Shown piece after piece: positions 45,933 to 56,537 of a stretch of DNA of 64,000 bases. Numbering within the stretch: position 1 is the first letter of the stretch; the number at the start of each line of letters is the position of its first letter. Origin of the DNA: an uncultured Candidatus Saccharibacteria bacterium (lineage in GTDB: Bacteria > Patescibacteriota > Minisyncoccia > Phycocordibacterales > PALSA-1337); contig CAYXPQ010000002.1 in assembly GCA_964467225.1 (NCBI GenBank), positions 7,901 through 71,900 of the forward strand. Reading direction: 5' to 3'. Position numbers and translations under genes: made by a program. The notes beneath the pieces were generated by a model that was not told the origin of the DNA, did no database searches, and saw only the letters and a list, made by a program, of their open reading frames with translations.

Positions 45933-46643
45933 TCTCTTTATAGAGTAAGCCAAAGCAGGTACATTATGATCAATACCTATATTATGAGCTAAAGTTCTCA
46001 TATAGGTACCACTGGAACATCTCACTTTAAGCTTAAGAATAGTGAAATAAGAATCAGAAATTTCTTGAGAAATACTGCTCCAACGAGCAGTTATTTCTTT
46101 TTGACGGAAATCTCCCTTCACCAAATTTACCTTAGCTAGGATTTCATTTATTAAATCACTTCCCTTAATTTTCCTTTTACCTAAAATCTCAATAAAATAA
46201 ATCTCAACTTCTCTACTGGGCATTTCTTCTGGAATCTCTTTCATTGCAATAACCTTGGATGAATAACGAGGATATTCTTGTTTAAATCGCTTAATATATA
46301 CCGAGAAATCCGTGCCGGAGAGACTTTTTGATACGCGGAGCGAAGCAAAAAGTTCTACGGCAGCAAGAGATTTCTCGGGCAATAAACCTAGAACATCATA
46401 ACTATCAGTTGAGAAACCAAAAAGAATTTCTACTTCATATTCTTTATCATAATCAAGATACTTCTCCTTATTCCTACACTCATCACCAACAAGAATAATC
46501 ATTTGACCCTCTGCAAGCGGATCAAGACGTCCTGCGTATGTCATAGGAATATCATTTGAAATTCCCTCTTGAATTCTCACTCTTTCAAGACATTCAAGTG
46601 GCGTTTCTCCTATATTTTTGTTTGTAATAATGACATTTTTCAT
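45906..46643 (-). CDS. truB: tRNA pseudouridine-55 synthase TruB
   Basis: 245 aa. The catalytic Asp motif AGRLDPLAEG and a PUA-like C-terminus are present. Confidence 0.8.
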   Translation of the reverse strand: MKNVIITNKNIGETPLECLERVRIQEGISNDIPMTYAGRLDPLAEGQMIILVGDECRNKEKYLDYDKEYEVEILFGFSTDSYDVLGLLPEKSLAAVELFASLRVSKSLSGTDFSVYIKRFKQEYPRYSSKVIAMKEIPEEMPSREVEIYFIEILGKRKIKGSDLINEILAKVNLVKGDFRQKEITARWSSISQEISDSYFTILKLKVRCSSGTYMRTLAHNIGIDHNVPALAYSIKRLFLLPSER

Positions 46644-46663
46644 AATTTTGTTACAATACTACC

Positions 46664-47935
46664 ATGAAATTATCAACAGACTCATACAAGGGTGTTCGTG
46701 ACTTTTATCCAGATGATATGGCAATTCAAAACCAAATATTTACTATTTGGAAAGGGGTTGTAGAGAAATACGGCTATCAGGAATACAGTGCATCAGTCCT
46801 TGAGCCAGCAGATCTATATAGAGCAAAGTCTGGTGAAGAAATAGTAAATGAGCAGACATATACTTTCAAGGATCGAGGAGATAGAGAGGTTACATTGAGA
46901 CCGGAAATGACACCTACAGTTGCTCGTATGGTAGCAGGCAAAAAACGAGAATTAGCTTTCCCTCTTAGATGGTTCTCAATTCCCAATCTATTCCGATACG
47001 AGCAACCTCAAAGAGGAAGATTGCGAGAACACTGGCAATTAAATGTTGATATATTTGGTGTAGAAAGTCTTCAAGCAGAAGTTGAAATAATTCAAATGGC
47101 ATATGACATAACTCTTGCCTATGGACTTAAGCCTGCAGATTTTGAAATTAGAATAAATAATCGTAAATTAATGAATTACATCACTAAAGATATATTCGCG
47201 CTTGATGAGGACAAAGCCAAGAAACTTTCGAAGTTGATAGACAAAAGAGAGAAGCTACCAAAGGATACATTTGAATTATTGGCTCAAGAAATATTGGATA
47301 ATAAAAGTCAGCAATTTTTAACATTAATTAATTCTAATAATTTTGAAGAATTTACAACCCACCTACAGCAGACCAAGGAAGAGCATGAAGGAATTAAGGA
47401 AATAAAATCAGTAATAGAATCACTTGAAAAATTAGGTATAACAAACGCTCGTTTTGATCAGACACTTATGAGAGGTTTTGATTATTACACTGGAATAGTT
47501 TTTGAAGTTTTTGACAAGAATCCACTTAACAGAAGATCAGTATTCGGTGGCGGTAGATATGATGATTTACTTTCCCTATTTGGTGGAGAGAAAGTACCAG
47601 CGTTTGGATTTGGTGCGGGAGATGTGGTTGCTAGAGATTTGATGGAAACATATGGCAAGATAAATAAGGAGAATAGACCTTCACCGGCAGACATATATCT
47701 ATGTCTGTTGAACAAGGATGTTGTAGGATTTGCGCAAGACTTAGCTCAAGACATTAGAAGTAAGGGCAAGAAAGTAGCAATTGATTTCTCATTCAGGAAG
47801 ATTGGCGATCAGATCAAGAATGCAGACAAAATGAATATACCAAATGTGATCTGTATTGGAGAGGAAGAAGTCAAATCAGGTAAATTAAAAATAAAGAATC
47901 TAAAAACAAGTCAGGAGAATGAATTTGTAAATTAA
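46664..47935 (+). CDS. hisS: Histidyl-tRNA synthetase
   Basis: 423 aa with class II motifs and a C-terminal anticodon-binding domain. Confidence 0.9.
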   Translation: MKLSTDSYKGVRDFYPDDMAIQNQIFTIWKGVVEKYGYQEYSASVLEPADLYRAKSGEEIVNEQTYTFKDRGDREVTLRPEMTPTVARMVAGKKRELAFPLRWFSIPNLFRYEQPQRGRLREHWQLNVDIFGVESLQAEVEIIQMAYDITLAYGLKPADFEIRINNRKLMNYITKDIFALDEDKAKKLSKLIDKREKLPKDTFELLAQEILDNKSQQFLTLINSNNFEEFTTHLQQTKEEHEGIKEIKSVIESLEKLGITNARFDQTLMRGFDYYTGIVFEVFDKNPLNRRSVFGGGRYDDLLSLFGGEKVPAFGFGAGDVVARDLMETYGKINKENRPSPADIYLCLLNKDVVGFAQDLAQDIRSKGKKVAIDFSFRKIGDQIKNADKMNIPNVICIGEEEVKSGKLKIKNLKTSQENEFVN

Positions 47936-48520
47936 ATGCGCAAGATCACATTTGATGTTGAAACAAGAAATATATTCCAAGATGTAGGTTCAACAGAATC
48001 TACAGCTTTGGATATTTCAGTTGTATGCATACATGACTCACTGACTAATGAGTATTCTAGTTATTTGCAGGAGGATTTCCCTAAGCTTTGGCCTATTATT
48101 GAACAAGCTGATATGTTGATTACATTCAATGGAGATCATTTTGATATTCCCCTTTTAAATAAATATTACTCGGGTGATTTAACTAAAATTAAAAGTCTAG
48201 ATTTACTAGTTGAAATTAAAAAATCACTAGGAAGAAGAATTAAATTGGACACAATAGCTGAAGCAACTCTTGGAATCAAAAAGAGTGGTCACGGACTTGA
48301 AGCAGTAACTTGGTGGAAAGAAGGACAAATAGATAAAATAATTAAATATTGTATTGATGATGTAAAAATCACCAAGGATATTTATGATTATGCTATCAAG
48401 AATGGTAAATTAAAATACAAAGATCTTGGACTAAATGGAGAAATTAAAGATATAAAATTAGATACAAAAAACTGGGAAAAAGCAGAAGAGAATGTGATGA
48501 ATTTCACTTTACCCTTCTAG
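47936..48520 (+). CDS. DEDD-type 3'-5' exonuclease (PolB-exo-like, RNase H-fold)
   Basis: 194 aa. The acidic motifs FDVET, FNGDHFD and CIDDV are consistent with DEDDh exonucleases. Confidence 0.55.
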   Translation: MRKITFDVETRNIFQDVGSTESTALDISVVCIHDSLTNEYSSYLQEDFPKLWPIIEQADMLITFNGDHFDIPLLNKYYSGDLTKIKSLDLLVEIKKSLGRRIKLDTIAEATLGIKKSGHGLEAVTWWKEGQIDKIIKYCIDDVKITKDIYDYAIKNGKLKYKDLGLNGEIKDIKLDTKNWEKAEENVMNFTLPF

Positions 48521-48522
48521 AT

Positions 48523-49245
48523 TTAAACTCCAGCCAATGTTATAGCTGTATAAAGCACAGCTATTCCAAGAATAGTCATAAATGTAGTCCAGAATGTTGG
48601 ATGCTGATGATGACTCTCTGGTAATAAATCACTCGCACCAAGATACAAGAAGAAACCACAAAACAAAGATAATATTATTCCCAACACTGATCCTGGTAAG
48701 ACAATAAATGTTGAGACAATAATACCTACAACTGGAGCCAGAGCATCAACAACAAGCCATCTTAATGCCTTTTTGATTGAACCCCCATTTTTGATTATTA
48801 GACCTACAGTATTTATACCATCAGAGAAGCCATGTGTAAGCACTGCTATAGCCACAATTATTCCAACCGCTGTAGACACTTGAAACGCTAAACCAATTGC
48901 AATACCATCCAAAAGGCTATGTATGGAAATGCTACCTGCGCCAATACGACCCCTATGACTTTCATTCTCGCAATGATCATCACCATGATGATGAGGCGCA
49001 ACAAATCTATCAATAATCATAAAGATAACAAAACCAAGAGCTACACATGCAGTTATTGTTGAAATATCATATACAGATTCTGCAAGCTCTATTGCTTCAG
49101 GTAATAAGTCAAAAAAAGCAACTCCAATAATAGCACCGGCGCTAAATCCTAAGACCAAGTGTAATTTATCTCTAAATCTTAAAGCCAATAAACCACCAGT
49201 AAAAGTTGAAATGAATGCTCCAATAGCTATGAATGTTAGTACCAT
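48523..49245 (-). CDS. ZIP-family metal (zinc) transporter
   Basis: 240 aa with 8 TM, a His-rich loop HHHGDDHCENESH, and ZIP signature helices (HSLLDGIAIG). Confidence 0.8.
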   Translation of the reverse strand: MVLTFIAIGAFISTFTGGLLALRFRDKLHLVLGFSAGAIIGVAFFDLLPEAIELAESVYDISTITACVALGFVIFMIIDRFVAPHHHGDDHCENESHRGRIGAGSISIHSLLDGIAIGLAFQVSTAVGIIVAIAVLTHGFSDGINTVGLIIKNGGSIKKALRWLVVDALAPVVGIIVSTFIVLPGSVLGIILSLFCGFFLYLGASDLLPESHHQHPTFWTTFMTILGIAVLYTAITLAGV

Positions 49246-49288
49246 ATGTTATAATTGTTTATATTAACAAGAATAAGCATAACATAGT

Positions 49289-50125
49289 ATGGAATCAACA
49301 CAAGAAACAAGAACAAACCCACTAAACATACCAACAGCAATTGTCATTGCAGGTGCGATTATAGCAATAGCAATAATCTGGACAAAATCTCCATCAATAC
49401 CTAAACAAACAGCTTCAGTAGCTGATTCTTTTGAAACTCAGGTAAAGCCACTTTCAGACACTGATTATATAATCGGCAATCCAAGTGCTCGCGTAAAAAT
49501 AATTGAATATTCTGACCCTTCATGTCCTTTCTGCAAAGTATTCCACAATACAATGAGGAAAATTATGAGTGAATATGGAGCAACTGGCAATGTAGCTTGG
49601 GCATATAGACATTACACATTAGACAAACCAGATGCTACAGGTTTCGTCTTACACCCAAATGCAGGTCGTGAAGCACAAGCCATGGAATGTGCAGGATCTC
49701 TAGGTGGCAATGATAAATTCTGGAAATTCACTAATAGACTTTATGAAATAACACCATCAGTTACAGGTCAGAATCCTAAAGGTCTAGACCCTAAGGAATT
49801 ACCTAAAATAGCAGAATACTCAGGTATTAATGTTACAGATTTCAATAATTGTCTAGCTACAGAGAAATTCAAGGAGAAGGTTGAATCAGACTTTACTGAC
49901 GGAATCAACATTGGTATTCAAGGTACTCCTTCAAGCATAATAGTATTGGACAAGGCCTTCCCTGCATCAATCAAAGAGAAATTAATGCAAATTTATGAAC
50001 CATACAAAAATTCTCAAGGTGAGTATCCAATTAGATTAAGTTCAGATTCAAAAATGATACTTATGGGAGGTGCATTACCTATAGAGACTGTTAAAGCAAC
50101 CATAGACTTACTCTTTACCTACTAA
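49289..50125 (+). CDS. DsbA-like thiol:disulfide oxidoreductase (membrane-anchored)
   Basis: 278 aa with an N-terminal TM and the thioredoxin CxxC motif CPFC. Confidence 0.7.
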   Translation: MESTQETRTNPLNIPTAIVIAGAIIAIAIIWTKSPSIPKQTASVADSFETQVKPLSDTDYIIGNPSARVKIIEYSDPSCPFCKVFHNTMRKIMSEYGATGNVAWAYRHYTLDKPDATGFVLHPNAGREAQAMECAGSLGGNDKFWKFTNRLYEITPSVTGQNPKGLDPKELPKIAEYSGINVTDFNNCLATEKFKEKVESDFTDGINIGIQGTPSSIIVLDKAFPASIKEKLMQIYEPYKNSQGEYPIRLSSDSKMILMGGALPIETVKATIDLLFTY

Positions 50126-53002
50126 GCTAGTACTGAGTTTACAGAATTCACATTCTTTATCATCACAATTTTTATCCCAGAAGGCTAATGAATAGATTTC
50201 ATTAGCTTTTTCTGATATTAATTTCTTTAATTGTTCTATATCATTATCTGTAACCTCAACAACTTCTTTTTTTTGTGATTCAATAAAATCCAATTCACCA
50301 GATCTCATTATGTATTTCTTCTTATCATCTAACTCTAGTAATAATTTATAGAAAATAACTTGCCTCCTATAATTGTCTTTGTTTTCGGATTTCTTTTTGC
50401 CAGTCTTATAATCAATAACATTCACCTCTCTATCATTATAGAACTCGAGCTTATCTATATTTCCTTTTAGAATTAGATCGAATACTCCAGTGTTTAAATG
50501 AACGCCTCTAATACTATATTCTGTGATTAAATTCCTATTCCATATACCCTTATACTTACTATAATATTTAGATAATGTATCTTTACCCTTTGCTAGACTT
50601 TCTTTTATATCAGCAACTGACATAGGAGTCTTTTTTAAATTAAATTCAAAAAGATCTATTAATTCAGCTTCACTAAGATCCTGCTCTTCTCTGTATTTGT
50701 TGAAGAAAATTTGCAATGTATTGTGTATAGCTGTTCCATACATTTGATACTTGGTCTGTGACATTGGTAGTCTTATCAAATTCTTGAAAAAATATTCCCA
50801 AGGACATTTAAGATAATTATTTAATGCTGTAACTGCTAGACCTTGCTCAAGGAATAGCTCTTGCAGGTACTTCTTATTTTTAATTTCATGATTTAAATGT
50901 GTAATAGATTCTGAATGAATATTGATTTTGTGCTTTATCTCATGTTTAGCATTTATTTTATACTCATCTGATATTTCTGAAATGAATTGACAAGGTAACA
51001 TATCCCTGCCACTACTACTAACCTTAGAATAACTTATATTTACAAGCTTTCTAGCTCTCGTTAATGCAACATAGAACAGTCTTCTCTCATCATCAATACT
51101 ATTGTCTTCCACCGAAGCCACAGTAGAGAAATATCTTCTCCTTGTTTTATTGCTCCAATGTCCATCGTTAGCACCAACTATATAGACAATATCAAATTCT
51201 AAACCTTTTGATCTGTGAGCTGTCATAAGCTTCACACTATCATTATTATTTGAATCCTTATTTACTCTAGTTGAGATTCCATGCTCTCTCACTCTATCTA
51301 TATGAACAATAAAGTCTGATAAGAAATATTCCCTCTTGGATCCAGTTAAATTCTTTATCTCAGTAAAAAATGATTCAAGAATAGACATTCTATCTAAAGA
51401 ATCTGATTCAGATAGAATGTAATCAATATATCCAGACTCCCTAACTATCAGACTAAATAATTCAATAAATGAAATATTCTTAGACTTGCTAGACCAAGAA
51501 GATAATCTGTGAGCTAAATCAGGGAACTTCTGAAGTATTATATCTATTAATATTATTTTATTGCGTCTTGATTCTTCTATTGCCTTATATATTTCTATAA
51601 TATTAAGATCAAAAAAATCAATAAATAATATCTTTGCTAATTTCTCCTCATTTGATAAATCATCAATACTATCAAAAATCAGTAGTAATTTTCTAATGTC
51701 ATTATTTTTTAAAATATCATTGTCTGACTCAATAACATAAGGAATATCGGTTTTGCTTAGCAACTCTGCAATAGGAAACGCATCTACATTATCTCTAAAT
51801 AATATTGCAATTTCATTTGCCTTAATACCTTGATTTATTTTTGATTTTATATCCTGGATTAGAAAATTATATTCATCATCACTAGTATTAAATTCATAAA
51901 TATTGACTGGTTCAAGATTATTTTGTGATTTTGACTTTAATTTTACTCTTTCTAAATTATCAATTTTTCTATTATTATCAATCACAGAATGTGAGGCGTC
52001 CAATATGGTTTGAGTTGATCTGTAATTCTCTTCTAGATTTATTATTTTTGCATCTTTATATAATTTTTTGAAATAAAGGAAATTATCCAGTGAAGCACCT
52101 TGAAATTTGTATATTGCTTGCTTCTCATCACCGACAATAAACAAATTTGGATTTGAATGAAAATTAGATAATAATTCTAAAATTGCATTCTGAATATTAT
52201 TGGCATCTTGATGTTCATCTGCGAGTATGTATTGATAACTCTCTTGAAGAATTAATAATAGATCAGAATCACTTCTCAATGTCCTCACAACCTCAACAAT
52301 CATATCCTCAAAATCATAGAATTTATTGATAACTAATGCCTTCTCATATTCAGAATATAATTTATATAATTCTTTATTTTTATTTATTCTATCTCTCAAC
52401 TTTATAAATTCCCCTTTCATCTTGCCCTTATGAACACCCTTGGCATGCACCTTGTCAGGAATATTATCAAAATCAAATTGTTGCTTGCTTATTATTTCTT
52501 CGAATTTTTCTGGGCTAATATCATCTTTTTTTAAATTTTTGATCTCACTTAATGCGGGTTTTATATAGTAATAAATATCTCCAAACGGTTTAATGATTGA
52601 AAAATCATTATTATCAATTATCTTCTCCATTATTGAAATCTGATCAATCTCGGTGATAGATGTAGAACCGATTATTCTTGGGAATTTCTCAGGGAATTGC
52701 TTTATTATTTCATTACAAAATCCATGAAATGTATTTATATTTACCTTATATGCAGAAGTACCTATAAGTTCCAACAACTTCTTCCTCATAGCAAATACTC
52801 CTGATTCAGTAAAAGTTAAAGCCAAAATATTCTCAGGTGATGTATCTGTTTTATCTAAAATATTTGCAATTCTTAATGTTAGGATTGAGGTTTTACCTGT
52901 TCCTGGACCTGCAATAACCATCACTGGACCCTCTATAGTGTCCACTGCGTCCTTCTGGGCCTTATTAAGGCGTTTGTATTGTTCTGTGAAAATTTGTTGC
53001 AT
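50108..53002 (-). CDS. UvrD/PcrA-family helicase fused to a C-terminal PD-(D/E)xK nuclease with a Cys4 (AddB/Cas4-type Fe-S) cluster
   Basis: 964 aa. Helicase motif I is AGPGTGKTS. The C-terminus carries the RecB-nuclease motif VIDYKTGK, and Cys residues at CPWEYF and CDDKECEFC frame the nuclease domain. Confidence 0.8.
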   Translation of the reverse strand: MQQIFTEQYKRLNKAQKDAVDTIEGPVMVIAGPGTGKTSILTLRIANILDKTDTSPENILALTFTESGVFAMRKKLLELIGTSAYKVNINTFHGFCNEIIKQFPEKFPRIIGSTSITEIDQISIMEKIIDNNDFSIIKPFGDIYYYIKPALSEIKNLKKDDISPEKFEEIISKQQFDFDNIPDKVHAKGVHKGKMKGEFIKLRDRINKNKELYKLYSEYEKALVINKFYDFEDMIVEVVRTLRSDSDLLLILQESYQYILADEHQDANNIQNAILELLSNFHSNPNLFIVGDEKQAIYKFQGASLDNFLYFKKLYKDAKIINLEENYRSTQTILDASHSVIDNNRKIDNLERVKLKSKSQNNLEPVNIYEFNTSDDEYNFLIQDIKSKINQGIKANEIAILFRDNVDAFPIAELLSKTDIPYVIESDNDILKNNDIRKLLLIFDSIDDLSNEEKLAKILFIDFFDLNIIEIYKAIEESRRNKIILIDIILQKFPDLAHRLSSWSSKSKNISFIELFSLIVRESGYIDYILSESDSLDRMSILESFFTEIKNLTGSKREYFLSDFIVHIDRVREHGISTRVNKDSNNNDSVKLMTAHRSKGLEFDIVYIVGANDGHWSNKTRRRYFSTVASVEDNSIDDERRLFYVALTRARKLVNISYSKVSSSGRDMLPCQFISEISDEYKINAKHEIKHKINIHSESITHLNHEIKNKKYLQELFLEQGLAVTALNNYLKCPWEYFFKNLIRLPMSQTKYQMYGTAIHNTLQIFFNKYREEQDLSEAELIDLFEFNLKKTPMSVADIKESLAKGKDTLSKYYSKYKGIWNRNLITEYSIRGVHLNTGVFDLILKGNIDKLEFYNDREVNVIDYKTGKKKSENKDNYRRQVIFYKLLLELDDKKKYIMRSGELDFIESQKKEVVEVTDNDIEQLKKLISEKANEIYSLAFWDKNCDDKECEFCKLSTSLVGKE

Positions 53003-53076
53003 ATGGATTGGATTAATGATATATTAACATTACAAACGGCTTTTAGCCCTCCCCGCAAGGGGTAAAAAGGGAAATC

Positions 53077-53466
53077 TCATACAAGTAATTGTGTGAGATT
53101 TTTCTTTATTTCAATAAAATCGCCTTTTGATAAAATACCCATTTTATACTGAAGCCTCTTTCCGTCAATTAAGCGAATTTGTGAAAGTATTGCTGTACTA
53201 ATTAAATTATCCATATTGAATGAAAAATAATATGGTCCCTTTTTGTTATTTTTTGTCAGTGGAACACCCCATAAGATCTCATTATTGAATTTTTTAACTA
53301 CCACAATTGGTCTCAAGAACTGAGGTCCTCTACCATCCTGTTCAAAACCAACATTTAATCCCATAGAACATGACCATATCTCTGCTTCACGGAAATGTGG
53401 CCTTGCCTTATCATTTTGTAGTATTGTTTTATTATTGTGCCAATTGAGATATTCTTTAGACTCCAT
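53077..53466 (-). CDS. MazF/PemK-like endoribonuclease toxin homolog (orphan, no adjacent antitoxin ORF)
   Basis: 129 aa carrying a PemK-like pattern (GFEQDGRGPQFLRPIVVV...GVPLT). No small upstream ORF lies in the 120-bp gap before rpoD. Confidence 0.45.
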   Translation of the reverse strand: MESKEYLNWHNNKTILQNDKARPHFREAEIWSCSMGLNVGFEQDGRGPQFLRPIVVVKKFNNEILWGVPLTKNNKKGPYYFSFNMDNLISTAILSQIRLIDGKRLQYKMGILSKGDFIEIKKNLTQLLV

Positions 53467-53585
53467 GAATTAATATTTAGATAAATAATATATCAATTAT
53501 ACCCCCTCAATTTTGCTTGTGAAGTTACATTAACAAAGTATTTGTGTTGGAAGTATTAAACCCTATACCACCCCACCCTATAGCC

Positions 53586-54785
53586 TTAGTAATTCCTCAA
53601 TCTATTTATCTTCTCATGCTGTCTTATCTTCTCATGCGCCTTTGCCTCAATCTGTCTTATTCTTTCTCGAGTTACACCAAATTCTTTACCCACTTCTTCT
53701 AGTGTATGTGTTATACCATCATTTAGTCCATGTCTCATCTCAAGTATTCTCTTCTCCTTCTCTGATAGATCATCTAGAATTTCATTTACTTGATCACGCA
53801 ATATTCTATGTGAAGATTCTTGATCGGGAGATAGAATCTTATCATCAGAAATAAAGTCTCCAAGTGTAGACTTACCATCATCACTATCATCTCCTACTGG
53901 ACTTTCTAGTGATACAACATCCTGATCTATCTTCTCAATATTGTAAATCTTATCTACATCTAGACCCATTTCTGTAGCTATCTCCTCTGGTAATGGATCA
54001 CGTCCAAGATCTTGAGTCAGTCTTCTTACTACTTGCTTATATTTAGCTATTGTCTCAACCATGTGAACTGGAACACGGATTGTTCTGCTCTGATCTGCAA
54101 GAGCACGAGTAATAGCTTGTCTAATCCACCAAGTAGCATAAGTTGAGAATTTATAACCCTTTGTCCAATCAAACTTGTCTACTGCCTTGAATAGACCAAG
54201 ATTACCTTCTTGAATAAGATCAAGAAGTGTTAGATCTGGACTTCTACCTACATATTTCTTTGCAATTGATACTACAAGTCTAAGATTCGCTCTAGCTAAA
54301 AGATTTTTTGCTTCATTATCGCCTTGTTGTATTCTTCTTGCTAATTCCTTCTCATTTGAAGCAGAAATAAGAGAGTACTGACCTATCTCCTTCAAATACA
54401 TTTGTATTGAATCATAAGATGAATCACTAACACTTCTTGATCCATATGAGTACTTCTTAGAACTTGGGGCCACCTCTGGCTCAACCTCAAGCAGACCTCC
54501 ACCTTCCAATATATCAATTCCGGCCACTGAAAATTTACTATATAGATCATCCAAGAAAGTTATATCTTGTTCTACATTTGGGAACTCCTTAAGAATCTCA
54601 TCGTATGTTACGAATCCTCTTTCTCTACCCTTTGTAATTAATTTTTGAGATTTTGTTTCGAATTCTTTATTTTTGTTTTGCTTTGGTGATGATTTTTGAG
54701 ATTTTGCTTTTGTTACTGATTTTTTATTTACCTTTTTGCTTGATGACTTCTTAATTATTTTCTTATTTTTTTTAATTTTTTTCAT
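53586..54785 (-). CDS. rpoD: RNA polymerase sigma-70 factor RpoD
   Basis: 399 aa with regions 1.2-4.2 and a basic Lys-rich N-terminus. Confidence 0.9.
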   Translation of the reverse strand: MKKIKKNKKIIKKSSSKKVNKKSVTKAKSQKSSPKQNKNKEFETKSQKLITKGRERGFVTYDEILKEFPNVEQDITFLDDLYSKFSVAGIDILEGGGLLEVEPEVAPSSKKYSYGSRSVSDSSYDSIQMYLKEIGQYSLISASNEKELARRIQQGDNEAKNLLARANLRLVVSIAKKYVGRSPDLTLLDLIQEGNLGLFKAVDKFDWTKGYKFSTYATWWIRQAITRALADQSRTIRVPVHMVETIAKYKQVVRRLTQDLGRDPLPEEIATEMGLDVDKIYNIEKIDQDVVSLESPVGDDSDDGKSTLGDFISDDKILSPDQESSHRILRDQVNEILDDLSEKEKRILEMRHGLNDGITHTLEEVGKEFGVTRERIRQIEAKAHEKIRQHEKINRLRNY

Positions 54786-54787
54786 AA

Positions 54788-56521
54788 TTATTTTTTAAAT
54801 AAATTTTGTTTTCTTTTTTCTAAATCTGATCTTCTTTTTATCAAATCATTTAATTTATTTGCATCAATATCATTTACATCACCTCTTATCTCAGAGAATT
54901 CTTCTCTAATGATATTGTCCTCAAAATTGAGCATAAGCTCAGATAACTCAGCACGATAATCAGATTTTAAACCATATGTGATCTCTGCTTCTAATATCAT
55001 TTCATCTTTATATGGTTCTATGCTTAATATTAAATTGTTGTATTTATCCTTGGTAATATTCTTGATGGTAGTTTTGTAACTATCAACATCAATACCAAGA
55101 TCTGGATTTTTGTCCAAAAAATAAAGTAAGCCAAGTAATTTCCTTGTTATAGAATCAAGTTGTGAAGAAATATTATTTTGCCTTTCAACAATCTTATATT
55201 CTTTAACTTCACTGTTAATTGCTGATTCTGTTGATTTCAGATCTGCAATTATTGATTCCTCAGAAAGTCCTGTTCTTTCCTTTATTAACTTTATATAGTG
55301 TGCCTTTTCCATTGCTCCTGTAAGAGGCGCTATAAATGGAAATACATTGTCCCTTAATGCCTTTGGCAATTTCCTTGGGTCCAATTTTTGTGAAAGCACA
55401 GTATCAAGTTGAAATTCTACCACAGGTTTAGAATTACGCAAGACATTTTTCCACGATTCAGGATCATTCAATACAAGATCGGCAGGGTCTTTACCATCAG
55501 GTAAATCTGCAATTTTTACATCCATACCGAGTCCAAGGGCAATACTGGCTGATCTCATTGCAGCTTTCCTACCAGCATTATCAGAATCAAAAGCTAAAAT
55601 TATATTATTTGATAGTCTTTTTACAATACCAAGATTATTTACAATATTCTCCTTTGAGACAAGAGTATCTGCAAGTGCAGTACCAGAGACTGCTACAGTA
55701 TTTCTTATACCCGATTGATGTGAGAGTACTAAATCCATTTGACCTTCTACTAAAATAGAATAATTCTTGATTCTTATGTCTTGTTTTGCCTTATCAATTC
55801 CATACAATACTGTTGATTTGTTAAATAGAACAGTATCAGGACTATTCAAATACTTTGCAGATTTTCCATCATCAACAAGAATTCTTCCAGAGAAAGCTAT
55901 TACTCTTCCACTTGAATCAGATATTGGAAACATAACTCTTCCTCGAAATCTATCATAGTACCCCTTGCTAGGATCATCGGGCTTTTTTGTTAGACCAGCC
56001 TTCTCGATATCAGAATCAGAATATTTTTTGTTTTTTAAATATGTATATAACAATCTCCAATCCAATGGAATATATCCAATTCTAAATTTCTTAATTGTAT
56101 CCTGTGTTAAACCTCTATTCTTTAGATAATTCTGAGCCTCATTTGATTTAGATAAATTGGATTCAAAAAATTCAGTAGCGTGCTCCATTATCGCAAGTAA
56201 TCTTTCTTTCTCACTTTTGCTTTCTTGATTATTTCTATCAAATTCAAGTGGTATTCCAGCTCTCTCTGCCAGCAACTTAAGTGCACCCATAAAATCTAAA
56301 CCTTCGAACTGTTCAACAAAACTGAATATATCTCCTTTAGCACCGCATCCGAAGCAATAGTAACTTCCCCTCTCCGGAGTCACGAAGAAAGAAGGAGTCT
56401 TCTCATTGTGAAATGGGCATTTGCCTTTTAGATTTTTGCCAGCTGTTTCTAGCTTAATATATGAGCTAATAACCTCCTCAATCCCAAGCTTTTCCTTGAT
56501 TTTATCTATATTAGTCGACAT
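54788..56521 (-). CDS. dnaG: DNA primase
   Basis: 577 aa with a zinc ribbon ([11 protein letters not shown]...CFGC) and TOPRIM (EGQMD, DSDNAG). Confidence 0.9.
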   Translation of the reverse strand: MSTNIDKIKEKLGIEEVISSYIKLETAGKNLKGKCPFHNEKTPSFFVTPERGSYYCFGCGAKGDIFSFVEQFEGLDFMGALKLLAERAGIPLEFDRNNQESKSEKERLLAIMEHATEFFESNLSKSNEAQNYLKNRGLTQDTIKKFRIGYIPLDWRLLYTYLKNKKYSDSDIEKAGLTKKPDDPSKGYYDRFRGRVMFPISDSSGRVIAFSGRILVDDGKSAKYLNSPDTVLFNKSTVLYGIDKAKQDIRIKNYSILVEGQMDLVLSHQSGIRNTVAVSGTALADTLVSKENIVNNLGIVKRLSNNIILAFDSDNAGRKAAMRSASIALGLGMDVKIADLPDGKDPADLVLNDPESWKNVLRNSKPVVEFQLDTVLSQKLDPRKLPKALRDNVFPFIAPLTGAMEKAHYIKLIKERTGLSEESIIADLKSTESAINSEVKEYKIVERQNNISSQLDSITRKLLGLLYFLDKNPDLGIDVDSYKTTIKNITKDKYNNLILSIEPYKDEMILEAEITYGLKSDYRAELSELMLNFEDNIIREEFSEIRGDVNDIDANKLNDLIKRRSDLEKRKQNLFKK

Positions 56522-56537
56522 ATAAATGCCATTATAA

